Shown here: in pieces, positions 1-13,270 of the stretch
Numbering within the stretch: the stretch's first letter is position 1
How the letters are laid out: every line of letters starts with the position of its first letter
Assembly (NCBI GenBank): GCA_035084275.1
Contig: CM068744.1
Location: 10,726,001-10,790,000 of the forward strand
Direction: 5' to 3'
Length of the DNA: 64,000 bases
Source: Hydrolagus colliei
Lineage: Eukaryota
Program-made: the position numbers and the translations under genes
Notes under the pieces: model-generated
Database searches by the model: none
The model's input: only the letters and a program-made list of their open reading frames with translations
Told to the model about the DNA's origin: nothing

Positions 1-2325
1 ACTTCACTACCCTCCTCTCCTCCCTAAACCTCACCCTCCACATTAACTCGCTGACCCACAACCGTGGCCAGGAACAACATCCCTCTCTCCTCCACCAAGC
101 CCTCAACCATACTTTTTTGCCCATGGAAAAGGCTTCCCCCTGAAACCCTCACGAAGGCTCTCTCATACACCGACCTCCTGTCCCTCTGGCCTTCCACCCG
201 TAGGGATCCTAAAGCAGCCATCAAGCTGCTCCGTGATCCCTCTCCTCCACCTTCAACTCTTTCATTCCCCCTGAAATCCAAGATCATCTCCAAACCACCC
301 AATCCCCCTTGTACAGTGGCCATCTCCACTCCCTGAAATCTCATACCCGGCTGTTCGAGTGCAGGTGGCAGAAAACCGGCCTCACGGTTTACCACCAGCT
401 GTGGCTCAACCTTCTTCACACCTACCACCCTTCTTTGTCATATGTGAAAACGGCCTACTACTCCAACATCATTCTGGAGGCCAAAAACAACTCAACTCCT
501 CCGTGCACCCTCAAGCATTCTCAATCTTCTCATCCAAATACGAAGAGGTCATGGACTTCCTTACCACCGCAATCAATAACATCCGCCTGGCAGTCTTATC
601 CTCCTGCCTCTTGTTGCCCACCACGACCCCTATTATGTTACCCACACCCATCCCGTAATTGGCTCCTCCACGACCCCCATCCCACATTCCTTCTTCTCCC
701 TCTCTCCTTCCTCCCTCATTCACCATCACCACTATGAAACCCACCACCTGCTGCCTCGACCCTCTACCCCGTTCCCACCAACTTGCTGATCTCCCAGCAC
801 CCCCTCCTCTGCCCACTGCTCGCAGACATCATTAACCAGTCCCTCTCCTCAGGATACGGCCCTCAAAACAGCTGTCATCACCTCCTTCCTTAAAAAACCT
901 AGCCTCGATGGCTCCAATCCCAGTCACTACTGCTCTATCTCAAACCTGCCCTCATTACAAAAGTTAAATGCGTTATTGCCAACCAACTCCGTGCACATCT
1001 CTCCCTCCATACCCTATTTGAACCCCTTTAGTCCGGCTTCCACCCTGCCCACACTACAGAGACTGCGCTTATGTAAGTCGCAAATGATTGTCTTCTATCT
1101 GTGACTAGGCTCCCTCTGCCTCCCTATCCTCCTGGACCTTTCCGCCACCTTCAACACAGTCGATCATGCCATCCTCCTCCACCACATGTCCTTTGTCATC
1201 CACCTCAGTGGGATCCCAATCGCTTGGTTTGAATCCTACCTGACAAACCGCCAGCAGTACATCTCTGCAAATGGCTTTTCCTCTCACTTTCGCCCGGTTA
1301 CCTGCGGGGTACCCCAAGGATCCATCCTTGGCACCTTCCTTATTTACATACTCCCTCTTAGTGATGTCATGCGCAGACTTGGGTAAACTTTCACATGTGT
1401 GTGGATGATACCTAACTATCTTTCCACCTCAAATTGCAACTCCCCAGTCCCCTGATGTTCTGTCAGCTTCTGTCAGCCTGTCTATCAGAAGAGCTGGATG
1501 AGCACAAATTTCCTGCAGTTATAAGTTGACAAAACAGAAGCCATACTCTTTGGCTCTCGACGTCTTCAGTCCCATGGCTCTCACCTCCTCCACCTACTTG
1601 ACATGCCCCTAAAATGCTCCGAACCCGTTACCTAGGTGTCAGGTTCGACCTCCCAATTATCCTTCCTCCACCACATCCAGTTCCTCACCAGCACCACCTT
1701 CTTCCATCTCCACCACATTGCCCGTCTCATCAATATCTCACCCCAAAAGCTGCCAAAACCCTGGTCCACACCTTTATCACCTCTTGGCTGGACTACTTCA
1801 ACGCCCTCCCTGCCGGTCTCCTCTCCGCCACCATTCACAAAATCCAGCTGATACAGAACTCCGCCACCTGCATTCTCATCTGAACCAAACTTTGCTCCCC
1901 GATTACCCCAGTCCTTGCCAGACCTCACTGGCTCCCTGTCACAGATCGGATCGACTTCAAGATTCTCACTCTTGTGTTTAAATCCCTCCACTCCTCTACA
2001 CCTCCCTATCTCTAACCTCCTCGCAGCAGAACCCACTGCCTCCGTTCCACTGGGTCTGGCCTTCTCCTTGTCCCCCGAGTCCTCCACTCCACCATTGGCG
2101 GCCATGCTTTCAGTCTTCATGCCGCGAAGCTTTGGAACTCCCTTCCTCAATCCCTTTGTCTCATCCCCTCCTTTTCCAGTTTCAGGTCACACCTGAAGAC
2201 CTTTCTGTTCGATCGCATCTACGGTTACCTTCCCCCTTCCCCGGCTCGGCCTTGGGTTCTGCTATTGTGAAGTGCTCTGAGATGCCGTCTTGCATAGAAG
2301 GCACTATATAAATCCCAAGTTGTTG
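1..2325 (+). mobile_element. Degraded L2-clade LINE (ORF2 RT region plus 3' tail)
   Basis: Frameshifted RT motifs: 'PVTCGVPQGSILGTFLIYILPL' (1186-1386) and 'AKTLVHTFITSWLDYFNALPAGL...QLIQNSA' (1614-1883). Ends in the family tail 'gtgaagtgctctgagatgcc...ctatataaatcccaagttgttgt'. Runs off the left edge of the window. Confidence 0.9.
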
Positions 2326-2329
2326 TGGG

Positions 2330-3020
2330 GAGAAAAGTTGGGGAGGGTGATAAGGAGGGAGGAGCACAGAAACCCGATTAGAGGGCCTCGTGGAAGTAGT
2401 GAGAGGAAAGAGTGAAGCTAGGAAGCAACAACTCTTTTAAGGACTTTAGAAGGAAAAGTTGGACGATGGGCCAGTAATTGCATGCATCCATGGCAGGTTT
2501 ATGCAGGATGGGGGTTACTGTGACTGTTTTGAGGGGTTGGGAACAGTACCGGGTGATAGGAAAGATTGATGATGTTGGAGAATCCTGGGGTTGGATTACG
2601 TTCCCTGATATACTTCTAGAAGCAGCTCTACCAAATATATTTTTACTAAGGTAGTCATCAACTTGAATTCATGGCCATCTTTTCCTCAATAAAAGCTGGG
2701 AGGTAAGGAAAGGGGTGTGGATGAGTCAAGGGAGTAGGTGGTGAGCTTCATAGACGATGTGATGACAGAGGATTGGGAGGCAGGTTTAAAAGTGTGAAGG
2801 GAAGAATGCGTAGGGGTCGGAATGCGGAGGGGAGATGGGGGAAGGAATGGCAGTTGGGAGGACAGAGGCAGCTAAACGGATTTCCTCGATTTTGGACTTG
2901 AGGAAATCCAGCATCTCCTTGCAGTGAGATTTAGAGGAGAGAATAGGCGAGGCATAGGGTGGGGTGGACAGAAGAACAGAGGGGGTGGAGTTCAGATGAC
3001 TCCAGGGCTGCGGAGAGATG
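2330..3020 (-). mobile_element. L2 LINE fragment(s)
   Basis: Minus-strand translation 'HCKEMLDFLKSKIEEIRLAA' matches the segment 'YEEVMDFLTTAINNIRLAV' in the + copy at ~540-590; purine-rich + strand. Confidence 0.7.
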
Positions 3021-3362
3021 TACTTCCAATAATAATAAAGTAAATTTGACTGACAACCGGGTTCCAGCTTATCGTTAGGTGAACATGGAATGAAAGAATC
3101 ATAGAAATGCACAACACTGTACAAAGCCGTTCGGCTCATTAATATTTGCTCCTCCAAGAAACCAATGCATTTGATCTCTTTTCCTGTACCCTTTAATGCC
3201 CTTCCTCTGCATGTCTTTGTACAATTCTGACATACTCAATTGTGCTCTGAAAGCTACTTCTGGTAAATCATTGCATTCCTTATGTACTTCTAGAAGAAGT
3301 TCCAGCAAATCTGTTTTTTTAAACTAAGATAGCCATAGTCTTGAATTTATGGCCTTTTTCTC

Positions 3363-3710
3363 AATAATAATAATCCTTGGATTGGTATAGAGCTTTATCA
3401 TGTCTTGAAGATGTCTCAAAGCATTTCACAGAATGCTGTAAAATGAATTGACTATACAATTGCGCACAGCGGTACCCCACAAACAGTCATGGATTGAGTG
3501 ACCAATTTTTATTTATAACTTTATTTGTTTGAAGGAATTATTACCCCCCTGGAAAAGCAATCCACCTAGTGACTAACAACTGGATTCCTACTTACTGCTA
3601 AATAACCTGTGGCTTGTGGAGTATGGAAATTTGCCCAACATTTTGGCCTGCCCAATTGAACCCAGGTCTCACTTGAGAGGCTAGTGGTCTAAAGAGTGCT
3701 CTATTGCCTT
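3363..3710 (-). mobile_element. tRNA-derived SINE with (ATT)n L2-type tail, diverged copy
   Basis: Reverse complement of the tail 'aataataataatccttg..ttg.tatagagc', the core 'caattgcgcacagcggtaccccacaaacagtcatgg' and the head '...gaacccaggtctc...'. Confidence 0.75.
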
Positions 3711-3914
3711 AACCTGAGCTACAGGATTCCAAAGACACAACTTGCATTTATATTGTGCCCTTTACCCAGTGTAACACCTTGAGGTGTTTTATTAAACCAA
3801 CAATTAAATGAATCAATTTAATAGCAATCATAGCTTAATAATCATTCAGTGTATTTCCTAGGCAAATTTACAGTCTGATTCAACATAAATTAATGGAGCT
3901 GGGTGGGGCATAGG

Positions 3915-4053
3915 GAGAGAGAGTATAGGTTAGAGCGATTAAGGGAGAGGGTAGAGAGAGAAACAGAGGAAGAGGGGGTGAGAAAGAGGGTAATTTAGAG
4001 AGAGGAAAAAGCGATTGAGTGAGAGAGAGAAACAGCAAATGAGAGAGGGGGGA
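3915..4053. repeat. GA-rich simple repeat
   Basis: Imperfect (GA)n/polypurine run. Confidence 0.8.
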
Positions 4054-4693
4054 ATTGAGGGTAACGATTTGTGGTTCTCAAACAGGACATCCAGCCCTCC
4101 AGTTAGAGCATCCTGCTCCATGTGAAACAATCTTTCTAAGAGTTTATATTCTAATAAAACAGTTCTGTTTTCAAACCTGTTTGGTTGTGCATTATATGTT
4201 TTCTGTACCTGATTACATAGTACTGCGCAATATTGTTACATGGAAAGATTTGGTACCGCAACTTTAATATGTATGGATTAAACGTGTATAGAAGCCTTTG
4301 CCTTATTGTCACCAGCCAGCACAGTCCAGTACTTGTGTTACGACTTATGCAAGTCGACTTGACCTAACTATGCAGTGCCTTGGGACATCCTCCCGACGTG
4401 AAAAGGGCGCTCTATAAATGTAATTTTGTTTGACACAACTAATATTTTGCATAAGTCATGTTAAATTTATGGTCCCAACTGATGCGACTTGTGTGAACTT
4501 TCCCGTATAACCTCTGTAACATGGATGCTTTCAGAATTCCGTAGAGATCTAGCGGGAGCCGACATCAATGGATGGGAAGTGATAATGCATTGTGTAAGCA
4601 TTCGGGTAAAAATAAACAAGAAACGGCATAAAAACATTTTTTTTTCGGGCAGTCAGGCTGAGCTTGCAGCTAAAATCTTCTTTTTTATTTTAG

Positions 4694-6009
4694 ATTGTAA
4701 TCCCAGGGCAAGAATACTGAATATGGAAACTGACGTGAAGATGAAAGTGGCAAAAGAAACAAAATCTGCAATAAATGATCGGTTGGAAAAATCCCAGATT
4801 CCAGGTCCCAGTCAACGTCCACGTGCTTCGGAGGCAGGCCACTATTCAGCATATGAGGAAGGGTTCGTACCTTCACCAGAAGCAGAAAGCCTGGGCACTG
4901 ACACCGAGGATGGACCAATGGAGTCCGATGAGTGTAAAGAGGGGCTTTGTGCGTCCATTGACCTGACGAAGCCCAAGCATATACACGCTGGAGAGAAATC
5001 CTTTGAGTGCGTTGCTGGGAAACCCGAGTTTTGCACATCAAGCAAACTGAGCGAGCATGATCCCGAGCACGCTGGAGAGAAACCCTTTGAATGCATGTTG
5101 TGCGATAAGCACTTTTACTCCGCCGGGGAGTTGATCGGGCATCAGAACATCCACACGGTGGAGAGACCCTTTGAGTGCAACATGTGTCAAAAGCAGTTCT
5201 GCGGCGCCGGGGGCCTGAAGAAGCATCAGCTGATTCACAGCGGCGAGAGACCGTTCGAGTGCGCTATATGTCAGAAGCAGTTCTATAACTCCACGTACCT
5301 GGCCGTGCACCAGCGCTTTCACACCGGGGAGAGGCCATTCCAGTGCACCATCTGCCAGAAGCGGTTCTGCACCTCCAGCCACCTCCGAGAACACCAGAGA
5401 ATCCACACCGGAGAGAGGCCCTTCGCCTGCAAAGTGTGCGACAAGCGATTCTGCACGTCCAGCCACCTGACCGAGCACCAGAGAATCCACACCGGGGAGA
5501 GGCCCTTCGCCTGCCGCATGTGCGACAAGCGGTTCTGCACATCCAGCCACCTGACCGAGCACCAGCGCTCGCACACTGGGGAGAGGCCCTTCGCCTGCCG
5601 CATGTGCGAGAAGAGGTTCTGCACGTCCAGCCACCTGACCGAGCACAAGCGAACCCACACCGGGGAGAGGCCGTTCGCCTGCCGCATGTGCGACAAGAGG
5701 TTCTGCACGTCCAGCCACCGGAAGCAGCACGAGCGGAGCCACACTGGGATCAAGCCATTCGAGTGCGGCATCTGCCAGAAGAGGTATCCCACCTCCACCC
5801 ACCTGACAATGCACCAGCAAACCCACACCGGGGAGAGGCCCTTTCAGTGTGACCTGTGCAAAAAACGCTTCTATCGATCCAATCACCTGATAGCTCATCA
5901 GCGCATCCACCTGCGAGACAAACCGTTTGCGTGCGAGGTGTGTAAGCAACGATTCTCCTCGCTCAACCTTTTCAAAGCACATCAGCAAACCCACATTCCG
6001 GAGAAATAA
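4694..6009 (+). CDS. C2H2 (Kruppel-type) zinc-finger protein, terminal coding exon; 11 canonical fingers plus 1-2 degenerate ones
   Basis: ORF 4489-6009 contains 11 CxxC...HxxxH units joined by TGERPF-type linkers, preceded by a degenerate finger (FECVAGKPEF...HDPEH). Strong acceptor 'ttttttattttag' ends at 4693. The first in-exon ATG is at 4723 (METDVKMK). Upstream exons were not identified. Confidence 0.92.
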
Positions 6010-6629
6010 TTTTGGTGTACATTCAAGTGGAAAAACACATCGATATTGAGCCCACGTGAACTCTGCAGAGAAAACAACGTGAGCGTGTTTGTGTGCGAGT
6101 GTGTATGTGTGTCTTTTTTGGGGGGGCGGAAAAAGATAATACCTCTTCTCACATCCCTTATTGCCTTATCCTAACTCCTGGGGAAAAAAATTGTTGCTAC
6201 AGCTGGTTAATGGACAGTGCATCTGGACCCAAAAAAGCTTGAATTATGTGTGTGTGTTAGACTATTAGACTATTTCTGACAAGTATTTCAACTAATTCAC
6301 GATGAAGAGAAACGATTTGAATGGATCATTATCCTATCACTTAAACCATCCCTGCTGGAAAATGTGGACGTCGGGTAAAGGGATAGGATCAGTTCTTGAC
6401 AATGTCCCACGCTGGTGGTCCAGGCTTTTAATTTGTATAGTTTCAATTGTGCAAAATTCTGAAAGGTGCTGGTGTGAGATCGGTATCCCAGTAGAAGGAA
6501 AAAGGAATTGCAACGTCTTCAAGGATGGGGGGTGGGGGGGAAAATGAAAGAAGGAGAATGTATAGGAAAAGAGAGTGGGAATTTTATTTGAATGTTACAA
6601 TGAAAAGACTACTTTTTTCCTAGAAAGAA

Positions 6630-7020
6630 GGAACTTGCAGTTTTATTGCATCTTATCACGTCTGTGTCTCAAAGTGCTATAAAGTAATTACTATTAAGCG
6701 TAGTGACTTTTTTGTATAAGCACACGTGACAATTATTTCGTGTGCAGCAGGTGTCTCAAACAGCCGTGAGATGACTGATTTTATTTGAAATATTGCTGTC
6801 CAGAATAGCAGGAGAAAGTTCCCAATCTTTTCAAATGGTGTCAACGTGTCATTTACATCGACTCGAAGAGCAGGCGAATGCGACTTTGATGTTTCATTGG
6901 AAGGACATCACCTCTTGACAATTGAGACCAGCTCTCAGCACTGCACTGAAGTGTTAGACTATGAGCTGAAATTGTGAAAGACAAGAATGCAACCAATTGA
7001 GCTAAACTGACACCCTGCAG
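6630..7020 (-). mobile_element. Deu-domain SINE (SacSINE1/AmnSINE-like), diverged
   Basis: Reverse complement resembles the Deu core (...ggtgatgtcctttccaatgaaacatcaaag...) with a tRNA-like head 'gtgtcagtttagctcaattggttgca'. Confidence 0.6.
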
Positions 7021-7549
7021 AGTGAATGAGCATAATATAGACCACAAATTATTTAATGTTAGAAAATATCCAGACATGCCAGTGATCTGATTGTGCATCA
7101 TTGCCCTCACATTATTTGAAAGTCCACCAAGCTGCAAACTTCATCACAAAGCTATTAAATCCACTATTACAGTCGAATGAAACTGACTATTTTTCATTTG
7201 AGGGAGAAGCGTTACTCAAATCTGTATATATCAAGTAACAGGTCTACAACCTTGTGATGTTTTGATGTTTGTGACTTATCAGTATGTATCAGCTACTAAT
7301 CGTGTATATTGAAATTGTGGATGTTCCTAAGATTTGGGAAACGTTTCTTTTAGAATATGGAAAGTAGAAGACTTGTAAATACACGCTTTGAATAATTTTG
7401 CAACTCTGTTATGTGTGTGTGGGGAGAAGAAGGATGAACAAGCATCTGTTGGGGTTGAGTTGGCTCTGCAGTGAACAGCAGAGTGAGTCATCTTTCTTTG
7501 GTAGGCTTGATCCATTTGGTAGCCGACCGTCCTGTCTTACTGGTCAATG

Positions 7550-9370
7550 GGTCTTGGACGTAGACATGCCACATAGGGATGTAATTCTTCTCACTTCATT
7601 TCTGATATTCCTGCAAGACAAGTTCTTAAACCACTGGCATTGGCAAATCAGGTGTGCTCCTATAGGGGAGAGATTGCACATTTCAGAGCAGCTGAGCTGG
7701 AATGACATATTCTTAAGTCTAGCAATGGGTTTCTACACAAAATTTGTCAAATGTGATAGGAGGGTTAGAAACACATGAATATCCCAAGGGACCCGGAGGA
7801 GGTTAGAATAGAAGATGAGCAGTTGGTAGCAAACATTTTAATGATTACTCCCTGTGTTTCTTTAATCAGGAAGAACACAAAGAACACGTTGTCCAATAAT
7901 AAGCATGTAATGTTTAAGCAGCAGGACTGACATCAGTGAAGCTAAGATTCTCGATTGGAGGAATATGTCCAAATGGTGGTGTTATTGAAAGGAGTGTATT
8001 TGGGGTCTGTGCTGGGACCCATTTTGTTCCTTGCATTGATTAATGGCCTTGATTTTGCAGGGTCAGTAGAAAATACCCTAATTAGAGGTGACTGTGACAT
8101 GGAAGGAGGCAATGAAAGAGCTTGGTAGGGTTTGCGCTTGGATCTATCTCTGGTAAAGGAAGTTAATAAGTGCAGTACATCGGAGACAAGAATTACCATT
8201 TGGATGATATAGAATTTGCCACGGTGGAATTTGCAAAAAGACCGAGGGATGTCAGCTCACTCATCATTCACCATGCTTGAATAGTGTAAGACAGGAATAA
8301 ATGAGGCAAGTAAGGTGCTGGGCTATAATGCCAGATCAGTTTAGTTCATATCTGTAGAAGTCATACTCAAGTTAAACAGTGCTCTGGTCAGAGCTCACGT
8401 GGAGTACTGTACAGTTCCAGATGGAATGCCCAGGCCCTAAAGTAGAGAAGAATAACAAACAATAGTCCCCTATTTTAGAGGGATTTCCGTGACCTGGGAA
8501 TGTCCTCCTGATGTGAGAGGCGCTATATAAATGCAATTTGTTGTTGTTAGTTGACCTATAAGAAATCATTAAATAAATTTGGCCTCTTAAACCTTGAAAC
8601 CATGAGACATCTCAGTGGTGACCTTACAGAGGCTTACAATAGTAGAAGATGAGGCTTGCATTTAGCACAGTGCCTATATTGTCAAAACACTTCACTGAAA
8701 ATTTCTGTGAAGTGTATTGACTATTTTGTAGGCAAACACAGCAATCGATTTGTGCAACGCAATGTCTCGCAAACAGCCATGAAATGAACAACCAATTTAT
8801 TTGGAGACTTGTTGGCTTGACACGAGGAGAAAATCATTTTTCTTTTCAAATAGTGTAATAGGATCTTTAATATCAATTTAAGAGGTAGTAAAGCCCTCAA
8901 TTTTTATGTTTTGTAGGATGGCACCTCCCAACAATACAACCATCCCAGCACTGTATTGTTGGAATGTCAGTGCAGACTAAGCTGCAAATCCCAAAGTGAG
9001 GTGTCAACCTACAATCTTTTCACTCAGAAGTAAGAGTGCTACCAACTGTGCCAGGCTGATGTACGTAGAAGATGCTGTAATAGAAGACATAGAAAAAAAT
9101 ATTTAGACGATTCTAAATGCAGCTAAGCAAGTGAACCAAGAACAATATTTTTAAATGTGTTAAAGACAGCACAGATGCAGGGTTATGAAGAGCAATTTCA
9201 GAATAAACAGCAGGAAGCATTTCTTAATGGATAATCATTGAATCAGGTTACCAGGAAGGAAGGTTGAAGCCAGACATGACTCATTTAAGAAACCGCTTGA
9301 TGATGTGATGGAAATGTTTTGGATGAGATTACGTTGGTTAATGGACCTTCATCTGAAATTTTCTTGTGAT
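7550..9370 (+). mobile_element. Old CR1 LINE remnant interrupted by SINEs
   Basis: 'ggagtgtatttggggtctgtgctgggacccattttgttc' (degenerate GVPQGSVLGPILF, ~7990); 'gctctggtcagagctcacgtggagtactgt' (ALVRPHLEYC-like, ~8380); 3' end 'aggaagcatttctt...' (~9212). A minus-strand Deu SINE is nested at ~8655-9060. Confidence 0.7.
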
Positions 9371-10075
9371 GATAGACTTTCTGCTAACTAACCAAAATAC
9401 ACACCAACTTTACAAAATGTTTCAAACCAATTTACTTTGTGCAAAGAATTCTCAGTCGAATGCAGCATGGAGTGATGGGAAATTTATTTAAACCTGATTC
9501 TGTATGTTCTGAAAATTTGTGGGATTTGAGGAAGGGTTAATTTTCCTACTCGTAAATGAGTGACCAGGAAGTGCTGTATAACCAACTTTGAAATTGTATT
9601 GTAACCTTTAACTTGGCTCTAATTTAACAGTCTGTTTTGTGTAAAATGTTGATTTTAAATAATTGCAATTTAGTTCAGTAACAGTGTGTTACAATAAAAT
9701 CTTGATTTCTCCTTAATAAGTGATTAATGCAGCTCTGTCAAGCATGTCATATCCTCCACTCACCCAGAATAGTGCCAGATCGTATGGAAGGCTTCAAAAG
9801 TTCACGTAGGAGCCATCGATGAACCAATCTTGTTAAGTGCAGCAATGCACCTTACCAATATAAAACATGTTTCAACAAAGACATACTCATACAGCACCTT
9901 TCATTAAAAGAATATCACACAGCATTTCACAAAATAACTGCAGTTAATTTTTTTTTAAATGCAGTTAATGTTGTTACTTTTCACAGTACATGTCCAGCTA
10001 GGACCACCTTATCCATATTGGCCTTGGTGAGTAGTGCAGTGAGCAAAGCATTGGCGTGTAGATGGATTAACAACT

Positions 10076-10324
10076 AAACAAAACACATTATTGCAGATGC
10101 TGGAAATCTGAAACAAAAACAAGTTGCTGGGAAAACTCAGCAGGTCAGGCAGCATCCGTGGAGAAAGGAAAGTGAGTCAACGTTTTGGGTCCATGACATT
10201 TCGTCAGAACTGCGGCATGTGTACCGTTCTGACGAAGGGTCGTGGACCTGAAACGTTGACTCACTTTCTCCATGGATGCTGCCTGACCTGCTGAGTCTTC
10301 CCAGCAACTTGTATTTTTGTTTCA
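10076..10324. mobile_element. Palindromic Penelope-derived (pseudo-LTR inverted) repeat carrying hammerhead-like cores
   Basis: ~100-bp inverted arms (gaaacaaaaacaagttgctggg...cagcatcc / ggatgctg...cccagcaacttg...tttttgtttc); CTGACGA-stem-GAAACGTT at 10229-10257. Confidence 0.75.
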
Positions 10325-11344
10325 CCTTACAGTATCTTCTGTGAGGCACTTTGAGATAACTAGAAGATGTGATCAGATGCTACATATCAAATGCAAGGAT
10401 TATTATTATTGCTAACCTGCAATTCAAAGCCCTGAAAAAATGGATAAAGTAGTAGAAGTTGGGTATGGCGAGGGAAAGAACTCTCAGCTGCAAGTAGTAT
10501 GATTTTAGTTAGTTAGACTCCAGCAGCACATCAATACAGATTGTGGAGTTCTCCAGCAACTGCGTAATACTCTCCACATTTAGGAAAACGACGTATTCCT
10601 CAGGTAGAATTCACTCTCAAAACACAGAAATGCCCATGTGGTATGTATATATAGAACTCTCAGTCTGTACTGCTACTCTTTACAGATAGTAAGGGGTTTA
10701 GATGTGTCAGACATCCAGTTAACTACAAGTGTGCCTGTCAACAATGTCTTGGATTGAGGACATGTTTACACCTCTTAATTCGCTTGATTCAGATAGGCTG
10801 TTTCACTCCATGAATCGAATAATTATTTTAACATGGATACAAATAATTAATTCAATATATTTGTAATCTCTCACTCAAACACTATCATGTCACTTTGCAA
10901 TCCATCATAAGTTCCATTGTTTCCATGACCATATACTTGCTTGAATGCTATTTACAAATACTGTATATTGTTTTATATGTCTATCCTTCTACAATGCTAC
11001 TCTATTTTTAACGAATCTCTTAGCCTACCTCATATAATTCTTAATCCTCTGTTCTAACCATACACACCCTACCAATAGTCCAGCTATGGCTACGACTGGG
11101 GTCTTTAGATTTCAGGGTTAACGAGAGCTGAGAGGAAAAAATCTCAGCCTTCAGTTGAAGTAGTCCAATAATTCCTTTTAAAAAGGTAATCAAATGTATG
11201 CTTTAAAAAGAGATTTATTAAAAGGTATGGACTGTCAGCAGAATTGGAAATATGAATATTAAAAATTGCATGTTTCTCTCACACGTGTGACACTTTCCCC
11301 CCAAATTCTGAATGTGCCATGGTTAATAATGTTGGTAATATTAC

Positions 11345-11885
11345 CCCCTGCTGATCCAGGATATGATGGAGGGGAGAACTCGTGGAGCTGAGGGTGGTAG
11401 AGGACACGGCTGCAGAGCTCTGAATGATCTGCAGCCTATGTGGGGGGAAGAATTGGGAAGACCGACAAGCAGCGTGGGCATAATCGAGCCTGGACGGGAT
11501 GAAGATATGAATGAGAATTTCAGTGGCCTGAAGTGTGAGTTAGCGGTGAAGTCGCTTGTTGCAGAGGTGAACGAAGGCAGAGCGGGTAATGAGATGGATG
11601 TGGAGGAGAAAATACAGTTGAGGACCAAACAAGACACCTAGGCTCCTGACTGGCTTGGTAAGGTTGAGTGTGCATACATGGAGGGTGATGTTGCCAGCGC
11701 TTGATGTGTGAAAGCGTTGGTGTCAGCTAATCAGGAGGTCCTCGGTCTTGCTGACATTCAACTGTAGAACGTTAGCTTTCATTCAGGACTTGCTGTCCAA
11801 CAGGCAGTCTGTCATGACAACAGTGGTCCTGGAATGAAGGAACAAAGATAGAGTTGGGTGTCATCCAAATACTTATGGAAGTTGA
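11345..11885 (-). mobile_element. L2 LINE RT fragment
   Basis: Minus strand gives 'GVLFGPQLYF'-like and 'LLVGLPNSSPH..LQIIQSSAA' L2 motifs. Confidence 0.75.
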
Positions 11886-12999
11886 AGGCTTACTGAAATA
11901 ATCAAGGTTTTAAACAGGATTCATAAACTGATCCCTAATAACTACTAATACTCTCATGTATTTTACATAACCACAGCTCTACAAGATGTGGGTGGGGGTG
12001 GGGTGGGGGAGCTGGTGGGGAAGAGACACTCAATCTAAGAAGGTGGAAGGTGAACACCCAGTCTAGATTTAATTTCATGTAGACCCATATTTTTCTTCTC
12101 TTCGCTTACTGCTTACAAATTATATCTACAAGGGAATGCCATTGGAAGAGCCTTCAATATAGCACTGACTTGCACATTGTAAGCCACATTGTAAGTCAGT
12201 GCTAGGTAATCTATCCTGAGATCTTGTGACATTAAAACATGAAAATCTCATTATCATGGGAATAACATTAGTCGTTTAGGAAGCATATCACGAGAATAGT
12301 GTAAGGAATGCAGAGCTTCTGGCTGTAATTTCAACTGTTGAACTGAATTAAACTGTTACTCTATTGTTATTGATGTCATGGAAACTTGACTGCTGATCAG
12401 CTGTGGTTGTATTGTGCCCTGGTTTATATCACTACTTGGAATTTCCAGATCCTGTTGTTCGTTCCTCTGTATATATGAAAACGTTTTTTTTTCAAGATTG
12501 TTTCATCAGCATATTTGTGTTCAATTCTACACTGATTTTATTTTTTACCTTCTAACCTGTTTTGAATTGGTTTTACTATTTTTTGGCCAGCCGCCTGACA
12601 ATGCGGAAACTGTTGGTTTTATAATCCACCCAATTGTTCTGCACAGCACATTCAATCAGTGTTTTGAAAATCTCTTCCTTATCCCCAACACTACATACTG
12701 TACTAACTTTGCTGTATTGGTTTTTTAATCTGTTGCACCTTGGCTACCCTCAATTTCTATTGAATCAAACCTTCGAAACAATTGAACCTTTACTAATTTG
12801 TGAACATTTTCAGCTTTAGACTGTAATTAATTTTTGCTTAACAGGAATAAAGCCTAGGGGGGCCATGCGGAGGACACACCAAGGTAATCATTTTCATTTT
12901 ATTTTTCAGAGAACATGGAACACACACTTTAACAAAAATCGTAGATCAAAATATATCAAAGAGCTTCACAAGTCATTTATTATCAAGTGAGTGGATTAC

Positions 13000-13270
13000 T
13001 GTAAGAAGTAAACAGCTATTTGCAATAGAATGGTCCGATAAACATCCACAAATGAACCTGGAGGGTTTTTGGCCTCTTTGTTTTTTAATATTATCGTGAT
13101 GTTGACCTAGAGGCAGATTGTACCTCACTTTAATGTGCAACCAAAATACTGCACCTTCAACACGGCAATCTTCACTCAACATTGGCCTGGACTAGAAGCT
13201 CAATTCCCTCCTGGGTTCACCCCACAAACTTCACATCCAGAGTTGAGAGCACTGCCAAGCCAGGCTGATA
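13000..13270 (-). mobile_element. Deu-domain SINE remnant
   Basis: Reverse complement 'ggtgcagtattttggttgcacattaaagtgagg...caacatcacgat' resembles the Deu core seen in other copies. Confidence 0.5.

Noticed and set aside
4489-4693. N-terminal 68 codons of the 506-aa ORF
   Set aside because: Begins at a non-ATG codon and runs through a polypyrimidine tract and acceptor; most likely intron.
5038-5994. 318-aa antisense ORF and other overlapping ORFs across the ZNF
   Set aside because: Expected shadow of a GC3-rich repetitive zinc-finger coding sequence; no independent domain signal.
7782-7791. Perfect EBF/Olf-1 site TCCCAAGGGA
   Set aside because: Isolated, inside a CR1 remnant and 24 kb from the nearest TAAR.
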